Below are positions 1 to 13,895 of a stretch of DNA of 64,000 nucleotides, in pieces. Under the pieces are notes generated by a model. It worked only from the letters and a program-made list of their open reading frames with translations. It did not search any database and was not told the origin of the DNA. The stretch spans positions 15,990,896 through 16,054,895 of the forward strand of contig CM119265.1 of the NCBI GenBank assembly GCA_051294375.1, read 5' to 3'. A program made the position numbers and the translations under genes. Positions within the stretch are counted from its first letter, which is position 1. Each line of letters starts with the position of its first letter. This stretch comes from Paraspadella gotoi (lineage: Eukaryota > Animalia > Chaetognatha).

Positions 1-425
1 TGAATGATCAAGAAAACCGATGATATATCGAGGGTCATGGACGAATTTGTTAGCACAAGTGAGATACATCCTGTTTGTAAGTGTTAATGTAGATCATTGT
101 TTTGTTTGTTACTTCCATGGTGTGAAGAGAGAGTTTATACTCGAAAAATATAATACACACATTATATATCCTTATTGATAAAGGAGCCCTAAGATCGCAC
201 ACAGAATCAGCATCTGCCATTAATAAAAGTACAATAAACGATTAATTTATGGAATAATGACTTCAAAAGTGAAGTAAGATTGGACAGTTAGAATGGGAAG
301 GGTTATCAGGTATCTATTGGGAGCGATCGAATTATAAACCATTTTCATATATACTCGTCGTCTCTTGTTCGAAATCGTGTTAACACAGAGAGAGATGGTA
401 ATTGTTTTCTCCACTTTCCGCCGCG
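1..425. repeat. Dispersed repeat, degenerate copy of 20575-20955
   Basis: Collinear shared blocks by eye (gggtcatg, gaaaa(a)tataatac, taaaggag, aatgacttc(c)aaagtgaa, cttgttcgaa, ctccactttcc). Confidence 0.7.
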
Positions 426-1788
426 ATATCAAACTTGTTTTATTGATACAGCCTCATCGAGATCTCGCGTATGTATAGACCTTAATCTCTGAATCATTCT
501 CGTTTTCACTTGGCCTCCAGTAATACAAATTTTCATTAGATAACAATATATCTTGCAGACTAATGATTCTAGACTGGATAATGTCCTGCTATCAGATTGA
601 ATGAGGATGTCCATTCTTGATATGAGCGAGCGTAGATACTTGACCTCACACATGCATACTTGATGTAACCGATGATTCGGTTGTATCAGATGTGACATCG
701 TCCGTAGTCACGAGAGGCGGACGAGGAAGAACTTCTTCTTCAAATCTATATAGGATTTCGAGAGTGGAAAGAATCAGGAGCCTTCTGATCACTTAGAGTA
801 TTCGTGAACTATTTGACCATTCTGAGCCATCTTCGTCTCTGCTTCTCTTTCTCTCTCTCTCGGTAATCTCATTTCTCTCGTAGTCACTCTATCACTACAT
901 CATTCTCATCATACGTCTGTCTTACACTTTACAAGAGCTTGTACCCCTCTATTCAATCGGTTAGCTTGCATACCTGAGACAATTTGCCCGAAGCCGCATA
1001 TATTCTTGAGACTTACGGCTTGAGATTATCGCATCTAGTACGGAGTGTGAGCGTGTACTGTATTTGTATTTATAATTCTATAATTATATTATTTATTATT
1101 TTTATATTTTTGTATAAATCCTACAACATACTTTTTCATACTTTTTTTGATATTTGGCATAATAGCTCCAAAGGATATTTTGAGATTTGTTTTAATATTT
1201 CATTTCAATTCAAAAAGATAATTTTTTTATTTTCTTATATTTGTCACTCATATTCTAACAAAAATTTTTTTAGTTTTTGTTTTTCTTACAGCAATATTCG
1301 TTATGTTCGTTTTTCTCGATCATTTTGTATCTGCAATTCGTCTCTTCGGTCCATAAATATTTTTATATTTTCCTATATTACTTTATTCCAATCTCAGTCT
1401 TCAAGTTAAAGAACAATAGATCATGTCTTTTTTCATCGGACTAACAAATATGCGAGGAGACATACATTTTTCTTAGGTCAGTTTTTCAGGAGCGATTCAC
1501 CCAGTAATCGATTAGAGTCGGTCCTTTCGTTCTAGTGTTATATGTCACGCGTTTTTTTCTGTTTTATTCGGTTCGTTACTCTTCCAGGACAAGTAGTATT
1601 GAGCGGGTATTGTTGGTGTTTTCCTTCTGGTTTTTGTCAATCATACTCTTTGGTGTCTGTGTGATTTCAGTTCGTTTTTTCGGTGTTCTCCCTCTTATCG
1701 TTTGCGCGAGTCTTAAATGTGGAGTTGGCCGATTCTCTTATCTTTCAATTTTTCCGGAGAATTTAAGAACCGGCGGCGCGGCGGCGGC

Positions 1789-1890
1789 GACGACGACGAA
1801 CGACGACGACGACAGACGACGACGACGACGACAGACGACGACGACGACGACGACGACAACGACGAACGACGCGACGATGATGATGATGAT
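1789..1890. repeat. (GAC)n/(GAT)n microsatellite
   Basis: Directly visible trinucleotide run. Confidence 0.95.
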
Positions 1891-1979
1891 ACGGCCTTTT
1901 TTGGCCAATTATTTTTTGGAAACTGAGAGGAGGAATAAGAGGCTGGAAAGTGGCGGGAAAGTTGAAATTGTATGAGTGA

Positions 1980-1988
1980 GAAAGAAGA

Positions 1989-2032
<44 letters not shown>

Positions 2033-2598
2033 GAAGAGAGAGAGAGAGAGAGATATATAAAAATAAAAAGAAATAGAGGGTGACCTAAGGGTGAAAAAAG
2101 TAAAGAAAGAGAGATTGAGAAAAAAGAATAAAAAAAAGATAGAAAATAAAAAAGAATCAACAGAAATTAAAAGAAGGAATAAAAAAAATTCAAAAGCGAA
2201 ACAACCGAGGACGAGAAATTCCTAAAAAATGCATAATGAAGCACAAACAAAAATGAAATGGAAATCCTGCATAAAATAAGTCGAAAGGTGAAAGGAAAGA
2301 GAAGAATACCAAAATGGATGTAAGGATGTGAGAGAAAATAAGATAAACAGGAGGACCAAAAATGAAAAAAAAAACTCATGAGAAAAACGGAAAAAGAAAA
2401 AGGAGGAAAGTAAAAAGAAGGAAGAAAAAGAAAATGAGAGAAAAAAGAGGAAAGAAAAGAAGGAAGAAAAGAAAATGAGAAAAAGGAGGAAAGAAAAAGG
2501 AAGAAAAGAAAAATGGAAAATGAGGAAAAGAAAAGAAAGAAGAAAAAGAAAATGAGAGAAAAGGAGGAAAAGAAAAAAGAAGGAAGAAAAAGAAAATG
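1980..2598. repeat. (AG)n and A/G-rich low-complexity tract ending at a gap
   Basis: Visible purine-rich repeats; source of spurious Phe/Ser/Leu-rich ORFs. Confidence 0.9.
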
Positions 2599-2623
2599 NN
2601 NNNNNNNNNNNNNNNNNNNNNNN
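2599..2623. other. Assembly gap (25 N)
   Basis: N run. Confidence 1.
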
Positions 2624-4350
2624 AGGAACCGAGTACTTTGTCCCGCGACCGCTAGCCCGCCGAACCACCAATTAACCCGCGACGACAGACTTGCGTCGAG
2701 TGGGCGTTGCTCATCGAAGCTGCAGGCGGCCGACGTCGAGCGAATTGCTCGACGAAAAGCGGATATGTGTTCGCAGGGATCTGATCCGCACGAGTTTCCG
2801 CGTTGGACAAACTTTTCCTCACCCCCGAAAGGTCGGCGGCGTGCTTTCCGCCACAAACGTAACAACGTGTCCCCTCTCCCAGCTCCCTCGTCGACTTACG
2901 TGATGAAGGCCCCGTCATTTGCGCAACACACGACTCGGGAGGGTGGGTAACCTTTGCTTTAAATGCATTAATGCCGTCCGGCAGGAAGTATTTAGTTATC
3001 AACTGTAAGATTGCTTTTTTCAGATTATAACGCCGAGACGGACAAGTCATACAACCAGAGGGAGCCCTTTCAAACACCACAAGCATTCTTCACGACCAAG
3101 AGCCAGGGCCTCCGATGCGTCGGCAGTCTTGACCCGAATGGTTCGTCATTTGGAGAGATCGGCCGCCGCGCTCCTCCAAGGGGGAATAACGGAGCCTCCC
3201 TCCCAACCCGGTAGATTGAGGGAAAAAGCGCCGCTTTGAAAATCCAAGAGATCGAAGTCCTGAGACGCAGAATCCGATCTTGGAAGGGGGCCTCAGCCGC
3301 GACGAAGGCGGCGACTGCATCGGCGGAGAAACCCGGTCATTTGCAGGCTTGGCTCCCTCTGTCCTGCCCGTTGCTCGACTATCTGTGAACGAAGTAGGTG
3401 CTTCTTGTGCTCTTCCGCGCTTGAAGTTGACCTCGACGCTTGTGAAGACCTTGACGACAAGTTATCAAAGAAAGCGAGGGCGTGCGCGGTTCGGATTAAG
3501 GCGGGTTGACGCCCCGCTGAACGAAACTTGATCCGAGCGATTTCGAAGAAAAAACCGCTCTCGGTGGCAGCGTTCGTCCTGCATCGCCCACAGCGCAGAT
3601 CGGATCGGCGCCTTCGATCAAGAAACCCGCACGTCGAACTTTCCAAAGGCGCAGCGTTGAACGCGGTTGCTGGATGGACGCATTCGCGTAGGGGCGAAGC
3701 CAGCGAGGAGAAGCGCTCCGCACCCGTTGATCCCTGAAATATACCGCCTGTGATGGCTGTGCTCGAACAAAAGGGCGTAAGCTCGTCGGCGAACAAAGAA
3801 CGGAGACGCGCGTGACGCCGATACGCGCCCGCCGCCTGACAATCGTGCGTGAATATGTTGACATGGAGACGGATAACTGGTGTAGATTAGCCGGCTTCGG
3901 AAGGCGGGATCAAAACACCGCGTCGTGCAATCTGGAGTAGAGAACGACGGCCGGTGAGAGCGTGGTCAGGCCCAACGAGAAGGCGCGAGGGTGTTGCGGA
4001 GGTTGTGGCGAGACTCCAAGCTGTCTCCGCGCACTCCCTGACTCGAGACTGACGAAGCGAACCCATTGCTCGAAACATCCATCAGACGGCGACGCCTGCC
4101 CTTGGCGGCGGCTGCAAGGCGTAAGAAAGCTGCCCGATCGACGTCTGGGTCGGACCTCACCTGTCCATCTCCCGAGAGGGTTTGTCCAGCCCGGAGGCTG
4201 GTGCGACCCGTGTACTCCAGGCTGGTGAAGGCGACGCGTTGCTCTAAGGCCGAGGCAGGACGCCCGTGGGCGGGACTGCTCTCTGAAGCGAAGGACTCGT
4301 CAAGGACCGCAGCGGCGAAGGAAGGCGAAGTGAAGTCGTCCGTATCGATA
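2624..4350 (-). mobile_element. BEL/Pao LTR retrotransposon gag remnant (frameshifted)
   Basis: Minus-strand fragments RCYVCGGKH followed by further broken CCHC-like knuckles (2650-2870), and a DUF1759-like stretch (IFQG...F...ECVHP...NAA...GFL...IKF, 3530-3760). Boundaries approximate; cut by the gap. Confidence 0.65.
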
Positions 4351-7300
4351 AGAATACATGAACGTAAGCAAAAAACGGAGAAATTAGATTACCTATCAAT
4401 GAGGAAACCCCCCTTCTTTCTTCGTAAATCACATCAATATGTCAGCAAAAAGAAAATGATTTTGAACAAATCACACACAGAAAAACGGAAACACGAACCA
4501 CAAATGCCACGCGACCAAACCCCACCCGGAGGCGAAGGGGCCGCGCGGGGAGAATGTGGGGGGGGTTCGATAGAGATCATAATTCCATTCGCAATTACAG
4601 GATTTCTCTATTCGAAAACCCTCCCCACAGTTAGCCTCAGTAACGAGAAATAAACGCGGCGTTGAACAAAATATAAAAATCATAAAAAAACGAGAAGAAG
4701 AAAGAAAAGAGAAACAAAAATTTGATGGAGGGGCAAATAAAGAAAGTTTGCGCAAACGACTGATCGAATAAAGAGATAATCCCACACTTAACTGCTCACC
4801 GGCGGAATCTTTCCATTCTCCTGGCGTAGCGAATCCCGCATTTTCTTGAAAACACCGTTGTGAGGCGGCGTCTTCGAACATACTTCCAGGCTCCAGGCCG
4901 TAGCGAACGCCTCCCAGGGCTGCGTGTAGGTCTGTCCACCCCCCGAACCGACACCACTGCGTGCCCGGTTGCGCGCCCTGGCGCGCGGCCCGAGTGCGCC
5001 GTAATCCGAGTAACGGAAGACAGCGTCCTAAAAGGCAGAGGAGGGGTGCGAGAGAAACACCGACGGGGCGCGAGGCAGAATCTGGCGACGCAGGCGCCCA
5101 CTGTGAATCTCAGGGGTCCCTCAATACCCTTGTCGAGAACCGAAGAATGGTTGTCGACTGGCGATCAGCAGCGATCCTTCTCGAGATTAAATCGCGCGAA
5201 ATTCTTAACGATCGTCGAAATAAAACAAAAGAGACGAGCGTGAAGTTCAAAATTCGGATATGAAAACGCAATAATATTCGAAGCGCAAAGTCCCGATAAG
5301 TAACGAAATAATAAGGCGGCTAAAAATAGCGAAAGCGGACTGATACTATATACGAGCGCGAAAAAAGAAGTGACCGCGTCCACGCCTAGCGCACTTCGAC
5401 AACAAGAAGTAATCAGCGTCGGGACTTGGGCCTGCAAGCAGCTCTGTGCGGCGAGCCGGAAAGTATTTTCGTTTAGAATCTTTTGTTTTGTTTCACATGT
5501 CTGGTCACATGCGCGGTGTCTCGCCTTTTGGGGAGAACAAAAGGCTAACTGTGGGGGGGTTTCGAATAGAGAAGATCTGGACAGTTGTGAAAAGATTAGA
5601 CGAGAAGTTAGCCTACTTCTATTTTCGGTGGCCAAGGCTTTGTCGGTAATGATTAATGCGGGGTGAAGAACCGGGCGCCTTCCTTGGTCTCCCGAGCGAA
5701 CCTTCCTTTCATTCATAAAAAAAAAATAAAACGAGGCATAGAAAAACCAAATAGAAAAAGGTGTTAGTATAATCAAATGACTACGGTCGACACAACTCGC
5801 GCCGATCCCGTAATTGAAAAAGAAGCACATCTTTAAATATCAATCTGAAGCTGAGCTTAAGTAATAACAGAAATCAAAAGAACAAGAACCATGTCATTCG
5901 AATGTCATTGGAGATGCTGTTGAATGAATCTTGATTGTAACGGAAAACAGATCAGTGCAATCATTTTCGGTTACGTATCAACAGGAATTCGCAAGAAGGT
6001 TAATTTTTGTTTTCGTAAGGCCAAGGAAGATGTTTTCCGATAGTTCGGAATGTTTTTGTCGCCTTAAATCCACCGATCAACAAAATATTCGGAGGACGAT
6101 CGACTAGTTGGACGTCTTGTTGGAAACTTATGAAGGTCTTTGAGCGCTAAAATTCGTCACGACCTTACTTGTCTCATCCAAAATAGACCTAAAAAATATA
6201 CTCGGCGTCAGTTGGATTGTTTTTTAAGTATTCGCAGCAGCGTCTTTCAGCTTGAACCCGCATAAGGTCGACAACAAACTCCTAATGTCGAAGCAAAAAT
6301 CCTTACTTGGGGTTCACAAGTTTGGTGCCCTTTTCGATCTCTTCAAGACCCGTGCAAACGACAACGTGAGAAATTTTCGAGAGATGATTTCAGATTAAAG
6401 GGACTCGATCCATTGTAACTTACTGGCATGTCCGCCATTCCGCGCACCTTTAGTAGATCTCGCTCGGGAATAATGCCCCTCATATGCGGGGGCAGGCTGT
6501 CGATAGGTTTGATTACACTTCACCTCATCCGAGTTTCCCAGTCCACGAAAGCAACCTCGAGGAAAAAATCAAACTGAAAAAAATAGGCCATTTTTAAATA
6601 GGAAACCAGATAAAAAAAAACTACGAATATCCGAATCCTTGATGCGCTGTCTGCGAGGGTCGATGATTATGATCGCTGGTTACTATAAGACCCACTTCGC
6701 TCGACGCAAAAAGCAGCGCGCAAAGACCGATATTTCTGACGGGATTTTCATGAGCACGGCCTGTATGGCGATTAGTCTGCGAAAAAAAAATGCTGTGCAA
6801 TGTGCTGTTATAATTTAATGCACGTTTAATATCTTAATTATTTTTATTATTTTATTACTATCTAACAACTATTTATGAAATAAATATATATTATATATAG
6901 ATATACTCGGATATGTAAAAGTATATATAAAAATAAGAATGTAAATAAATAAATATTGTTTAATTAAATATGTGTTAGCGGAATATGTCAAAGTATCAGA
7001 ATAAAAACAAAAATAGAATATTAATTAATTAATTTACAAAATATATACACATATTTAAATAAAATAGAGTTTTTAGATAAAGACGTATTTCATAACATTT
7101 AAAATGAGATTCTTTAGTGGAATTCAAGTTGCATTATTATTTTTTTTGCTAATATTGTAATACATAGCGGAATCAATCAGAGACGAAGTACGAGAAAGAT
7201 GAGAGATTGGCGATTTAATTAGGTCATTGATAGCGGAGAGACAAACGAGCGATATGTAAAAACCAGAAATAATATTTTCGGAACGAAAATCTGATTATGA

Positions 7301-7419
7301 CCGGAAGCAAAAAGCAAATCAAAGCGAAATCGATCTTCCCCGGAATTCACCGAGAAGGGAGGAATGAGAAAGGGAAAAGAAGAGGAGCTAAGAGAGAGAG
7401 AAACAAAAAGACTCGCTTG

Positions 7420-10400
7420 AGAGCCCCCCAGTGGATGCGCCTGAAGGACGTGCAACGCAACACAGTAAGAGCAAAAAAGTGAAAAGTCATCTTGCTGAAT
7501 GATAGGTCCGGAGGATGAAAGTGCGGAGGTTCCTGCGTGGGGGCTCTGGGGCTGTTCGAGCCTGCGGGCATCCTCTGGCCGCGGGTTGCCGCCAACTGAC
7601 TTCTACGGAAGGGTCCACTACGCAGGCTTCAAGTCGATACGCCGAGAGTCGTCCTCTCGAGTCTGCAACGAGTGTATCGCGGGGTGCCCAAGAATGGCGG
7701 AACGTCTTGTCGCCGGGGCGACAACTCGGGAATGGGCCATCATACAGGTGCGCAGTGGACCGCGGAGCAAGGTATGCGCGTCATGGCTGGACAAATACGA
7801 AACGGAAGTATTTGCAAAGTTGAGCGGAACGTAGGAGCGAACGTGCCCGTGGCGGGTCCCAGGAACAAGGGGGGAAGGAGGGGCGCTAGCGGTCATCTAC
7901 TGATGATTGGGGCGAAGAGATTGGGCGGCGGTATCAGCGCCTCCAGGGGAGGCGCCACGAAGTCACCCGGCAGAGTAGGGGCTGTCCGCCCATAGCAGAA
8001 CGAGTTCTGCGACGGATAGCGTCTGAGGCTCTGTCTTCGAGTTGTTCGGAGGCCCAGAGAGGACCCAGGTAACTGGTCCAATCCAGTTGCTGTCTTTAAG
8101 GCGTGCGCGACAGGCGGTTTAAGGATCGCAGCTGGAGTGGCCGTTCCACGATTCCCGTGGATGTGCGGGTGAAAGGCCGTGGTTGTGGATGATTTGGTCT
8201 CACAGTCGCCGGTTGCGACGCGATGCAGCTGAGAGTGAATGGGCAAAACGACGCGAGTCCGAAGTCATCCGTACCCCGGGACCTGTTGCTCCCTCTTGGA
8301 AACGCTGATCCAATGATGAAAAAGAGGCGCGTGAGCAAAGTCATCGCGAGTATCGGCGAACGGGAGGGATGACTTCCGGCCACGTGTGATAGCGGTCGAC
8401 GCATGGTGAAATATGGGCGTCGTTGGCCCCCGAGACATCGGGAGTCGGACCCTACGACTCAACGATGGAATTGAAACGCGCTTCTCTGGCGAGGTAAAGG
8501 TTTAGCATGGGCGCCGCGGTTAATTGCCGATCGATCTTAGCCCGCTGAGACAAGCGTGCAGCGCGGGGTCAGGCGGCGACATCACTACTTTGTCAACAGA
8601 GGGCAAGACGTAGCGAGCGTGGACGAGGCGTTTGGAAGCATAATGCCCCGGGCGTGTGATAAGCCATGAACAGTGTCTGAACCATCTTCGCACGCCGAGA
8701 TAAGGAACGAGCGGCTCGCAACCCATCGGAAACGGTCGCCAAGACATGTAGCGGGACCTATTCGGACGGGTCTTGCATGGGCCAGCCGCGGTTGTCCGGA
8801 TTTCCGAGGAGACGGTAGTAGCTCTTCATCGTGGTCTGGTCACCAGCAGATGAGCAGAGAAGTCAACGCCTGGAGGCGACAGAGTGCGATAACATTGCGC
8901 AGCAGAGTATCAGTCTGACGGACGTTCCTCTTGCTTCGATGGTGCCGACTGTCCGTCGTGAACTCGGCAATTGGCGGCTTGAGTTGTCGGCCGTTGGCAG
9001 GTCGTTTCCATGGGTCTTCAACTCATGGAGATGGGACGGTACGAGAGAGTTCTGTCGCGTGAAAACGGGTGAAGGGCCGCCCATAAGATGGAAGTGCCGA
9101 AAATGCCGAGTCGCAGAGATGGCGCCGAGTATTCGCGGTATCATCCCACGCTGACGGACGCCTCCGATGGCGTCAACTTGCGGCTGAAAAAAGGCGAGCG
9201 AGACCGCCAGTTGCTCATCGATGTTCTGTCCAAGGCACTCCTCCAACGCCACGTGGAGGCTCAATCTGGTGAGGGCCGGTTTCGTTGCGCCCTCGTCGGG
9301 GTGCCAAAGTGTGCCGCTGATCGAAAGGGCTCCTTGGGCGGCGTCAAAGGCAGCGATATTTTATGTTCCGACCATTGAAGGATGCCCTTCTTCTGCTTGG
9401 CGAGGTCGTGGAGGGGCGCCAGTACGAGTGCGCGGCGTGAGGGATGAAACATCGGATTGGTAGAAGTTAATCCATGACCTAGAAAAGCGCAACAAACCGG
9501 GAACGTCAGTGGGGCGTGGAAAGTCGATGATGGAGTCGACTTTGTTCCGGGAGCGTCGGATTGCCCATTGAAGCGCTGACGCGATGACCGCATAGAAGTT
9601 CACGCGAGGCGCCCCGAAAACGCGAATTTGCCTTGTTGAAAAACTAGGCCGTGCTCCTCTAAGAGCGGTCGAAGGTAGAGCGAGGTGGCGCCGGTTTGCG
9701 TTTACTGGCCGCTGGAGGCGACGAGTAATTGTCGTGCCAAGAGACGAAGGACGGAAATCCAACCGCGGCACGACGTATCCATATGATAAGACGGCGGGAG
9801 ACGTCTGTCCGGCGATTCTTTTAAGTCGCCAAACTGGCCATGCGGAAACTCCCAAGCCCGAAAGGTGTCGCGACGGAGTCTTTTTAATGTCTTCCGGTGC
9901 CTAACCCGGGCTTGGTGGTAGCACCTTCACACAGATGCTGATTTTTCGTGTAAAATCGTCTTACCCTGAAGGTGGCCGTGAAGATCTTTGTAAAGAGTCG
10001 TGGAAAATTGGAATAACGATCATGCGTCTGAGGCGCAGTTGAGTCGGACGGAAGTCGCAACAGGGGCGCCACGCTGCCGCCGCTTAGGGAAGACGTGAGC
10101 GGCGACGCTCCAAGGCTGTTGGAGCGGCGACACGAACTGCCGCGCTTAGCCTCGGAATATCCTTTTCGCTTGCAACCAACTTTTCGGGGAGAAAGCGGCG
10201 CGGGCGTCGAAACCGGTGATTGACCGGAAGTGACGATGTGGTGATAAACGCCGTGCGTTTGGCAGTATGCGTGTCGAAGTGGGCGTTGGTCAAGCGCCGG
10301 ACCGAGTCGAGAAGGAGCTGCTCAAACTCGTTTGACGACGTTGGCGATGAAATCCGGCGTAGGAACGCTTGGGACGACATCTGGCGCGGGATGATTCAAA

Positions 10401-11600
10401 GGTAGCGGCGTACGATTGAGCCGCGTGTTCCGGAGATCCATCCAATAATTCGCGTTAGCTGGCGCAGAAAATCGGCTCCGAAGAATCGGTGCGACGACGT
10501 TCCGCAATCGACGAAGCGACCGGGAGGCGTTTGGACGTGAGCCCAGATCATAGTTTCATAGTCATAGTTCGGGCGCCTAAGAACACGGAATCCGCCGTCC
10601 CGTACAGACGGCGTTGAGGGGTGGGACGACTCGCGTTCCACGCCGTATCGTAAGGTGAGGGCAGGAAGAGCTCAACTCCGCGCTGTAATCCACAAGAAAA
10701 CTCTGAGCCGGAGTCGTAGTCCGTGAACAGAGAGAAGACGGCGTGCGGTTCCATGAGACCGTGCCACTGGGCGGTGCGGCCGGGCGTTTTCCCGACGGCC
10801 CCAAGCAGCAGGTAGGGTGGACGGTAACCTACCGAGCGCGGCTGCCGGTCGAATTCCGCGTGATAACGGCAAACTGCGATCGTCCGGGCCCATCGGCGGC
10901 GAAAATTCCTTCAGAGGCGGCGATCGGCGCCTTTGGAATGCGGTGCCGCGGTTCCCTTGATCTTTCGGGTCCGCCTATCCGACGGCGGAAGTCAAAGTCG
11001 CAGCTGCGAGCAGCGGGTCGCCGCGTCGGGAGCTGCGGTTGCTGCGGGCGAGCCCGGGCTGTGCCGGGTCTGTAGAAGTTAACGGAAATGGGCGACGGGC
11101 GCGCTGATCGGCAGTCGTTTGAACGCGCGTCACACCGCTTCGTCGATGTCCGTCCGGGGAAAAAGAGGAGCAGAAAATCTTTCGTGTTCGCCCGCCTGTG
11201 CTAGCTGTGAACGAAGACGCGGTCGCGATTCTGATCGAGGTGAAAGTGAGTGAAGCAACTATCGCGCTTGCATTTCGCGGTCGTAATCGTGGCGTTTGTC
11301 GCCGCCGAATCGCCGCCGTAGAAGGAGGGATGAGGCGACTCGATGTTTTCCGGCGTGTTAACGCGTCGGAGTCTCCGCGCACAATCTGGTTCGTTTAAGG
11401 TCGTTCGCACGGGCGTTCGAAGGCGCTGAACGGGCCGAGGACGGAGTCAGTTGGCGCGATTGTCAACTTGGCGATGAGATGCCAGTACTTTATCGTAATG
11501 AAGAGGATAATTCGACCAATCGCGAAGATACGCATTCGCATACGCGTATCAACGCGATGGGCGGCTCTTCGTCCCAGTCGGTAGAGGAAGACGTTGATGT
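7420..11600 (-). mobile_element. Ty3/gypsy LTR retrotransposon gag-pol, heavily frameshifted, no 5' LTR seen
   Basis: Minus-strand order: gag (KYWHLIAKL ~11470), protease (FLVDxxAE ~10690), RT (CGDFR/HDRY ~10020-10070; FPRPTDVPGLLRF...INFY ~9460-9520), RNase H (LAFF, RHFRHF ~9090-9200), integrase (TTAFHP, DQLP..LGLRTT, YG..LPGDF ~7960-8185) and GPY/F end (IDxLKPA ~7625). PPT-like ACTGGGGGG at ~7424-7432. Integrase after RNase H excludes copia. Confidence 0.9.
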
Positions 11601-12294
11601 TAGGGGGAGGAGCAATACCTAAAATAAAACTATTTATTCATTATCCAGGGGACGTTTTGTAAAAAATGACGTAGTATATAAACACAAAGATTTTTAAACG
11701 CCATTCACTCAGACCAATAAAATACCTATTCTTGCGTGCCATCCGAAGTAAATTCTACTGTAATAGCAAATTAGGTCAGAAGAAAACTAAAATTACAAAA
11801 ATTGAAAGTTTTAGATCAACTATGATAAAAAATGACTATATCTAATGCTCAGAACTAGTCAAAGGTAATCTATACAAGCTACTAACCTCTATATTTAACA
11901 CTTTTATGAAATCATTTGTTATCTAAATATACTAATTAACTAATCTCCATCGCTATGTAATTTCTTTCTTTTCGTTGTGTTTCGGAATTCGAGCGTATTA
12001 AAGCAGAGAGTTTTTTATTTAACTCTAGCAAAAAACTAGAACAATAAATTAATTTCAAATATTATTGCTAACAAGAGAATTATGGCATAGACTCAAATAC
12101 AAATCAAGAAATATGACAATGTCATTCATGTTCAAAGATGTTTCTATATGTACTCTTTGTCAAGTCATCAAAGTGATCCTCTATGCTTTAGTTAGAAAGT
12201 TATTTTTTGAGAAAAGAAAACGAAAGAATTACATGCTGTACAAAATTTAAAAATAACAGTCCTTGGTTATCTCTTTATTCTGCATAGGTAGCAT

Positions 12295-12379
12295 TCAAAG
12301 TCAAAAAGTTTTTTAATATTTTTATGTCATACAACAAATGTAAGTTAGTATGAAAAACGGACAATCGTTTGGCCTTCTG

Positions 12380-12418
<39 letters not shown>

Positions 12419-12565
12419 TAACCATTACTTTTTGGCAATAAATCTGTGAGAATTTCAAATCAAAATTTTGCGCGGAAGAAGGCTAACAATATAGCCGTAA
12501 CATGTCCGTTTTTCATACTAATTCCATTTGTTATATGAAATAAAAATAAAAACTTTTTACTTTAG
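12295..12565. mobile_element. MITE-like inverted-repeat element, related to 30766-30935
   Basis: Imperfect long inverted arms (acaaatg...tagtatgaaaaacggaca / tgtccgtttttcatacta...catttgt) around a (CT)n-containing spacer. Confidence 0.65.
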
Positions 12566-13895
12566 TCTTTTTCTCATCTTCGAAAACAGCATGAGCTCCT
12601 TAAACTAAATTCCTCTGTGAAAAGGTTTTTTCTTTTCACACCTGCAGAGACGAGCATTCGATATCGCCTGCTAGTCTCCAAACCACATTTCCCTTGTTAT
12701 TCATGATTTGTGTCTTCAAAAATATAAGATTTTGTGAATTTATTAAGAATAAGTTTGAAAATTTGTTTCATCAACAAATTTATTTATATACGGACATGTT
12801 TCGACTCTTTTGGTTGCGAGTCTTCATCATCTTCATCATAAACTCAACGAAAAAGAAAGGAATAATACAATGGCGAGTGAATTTATTCGTAATTTTCACT
12901 TTTCTCAAGATTTGGAGAGCCACAAAAAAAAAGCCTGTTCACTGGACGGCCCATCTCGAATTCTCAAACTTGCTGGCGTAGAAAACCAACCAATTTTTCT
13001 GCATTTTTCAAGATTAAAAAAAAAACTTCATAAACAAAACAGATAAGTTGCTGGCTTGAGCTTTCTTTTAACCAAAATTAGGTAAAATTGATCATTCATA
13101 AAAAATCAAATTTAAAAAACTTATTGGCCTTCAGGAACCGTAGTTTTTACTGTAAAAAATGTTTATTATTTTTTATGCCTCGAGAGTCGCGCGTTCCATG
13201 CATCGGCTGTAGGATGAATAAGCTTTATATAATTTAACATAGACTCTAGAGCAAGGATTTCTAAATCACAAATAATGTAAAAGTTGAATAAATGATGAAT
13301 AAATCGTGAATACGTTTTTCATAGAGAATAAATGAACTGAATCTTTAATAAAATTTCAAAAAATTATTTAATTTTTTTTATTTTATAAGGATAATACTAT
13401 AAATATATTGTATTTTGCTTTTCTGTTCCCGAACAATACTAAAAAAAATATTTTTTGTATTCAATAATCATACTATCTCGCATAAAATTATTATTGTTAA
13501 TTGACTCAAATCAAATTTTTGTTCTCAAGTGCTCCACTCTAGTATACACTATACAAGTAGTTTTTTATTCTCAATTTGAGACCTCTCTCGAACGTGCGAT
13601 ATTAAAGTTTGAAAGAGCGTTTGTCAAATTTCAAATGTTACACATATTCTTGATCTACCAGGAGAACGAATGAATAATACAACTCAAGAAAAAAAAAAAC
13701 TTTGTTAGATTTTCTTCTCAAGTGGCCTTACCTCTTTTTCCTTCTTATCTCCTTACTCCACCCGCATTCCGCTTTTCTTTTAATTTCTTTACTTGCGCTG
13801 CGAAATTTTAAAAATTCTTGCTTTTATTTTTTTCTATATGCACTCAATCATAAAAGGGACGATAACTTTTAGTACGAATATAAAGATTACAAACA

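Noticed and set aside
1535-2865. Long ORFs rich in F/S/L, D/T/R or K/E
   Set aside because: Products of microsatellite and purine-rich low-complexity DNA, partly spanning the gap.
5880-6540. Transposase-like remnant
   Set aside because: Too degraded to identify a catalytic motif.
12870-13046. Alternative first SLC6 exon
   Set aside because: No motif and no convincing in-phase donor.
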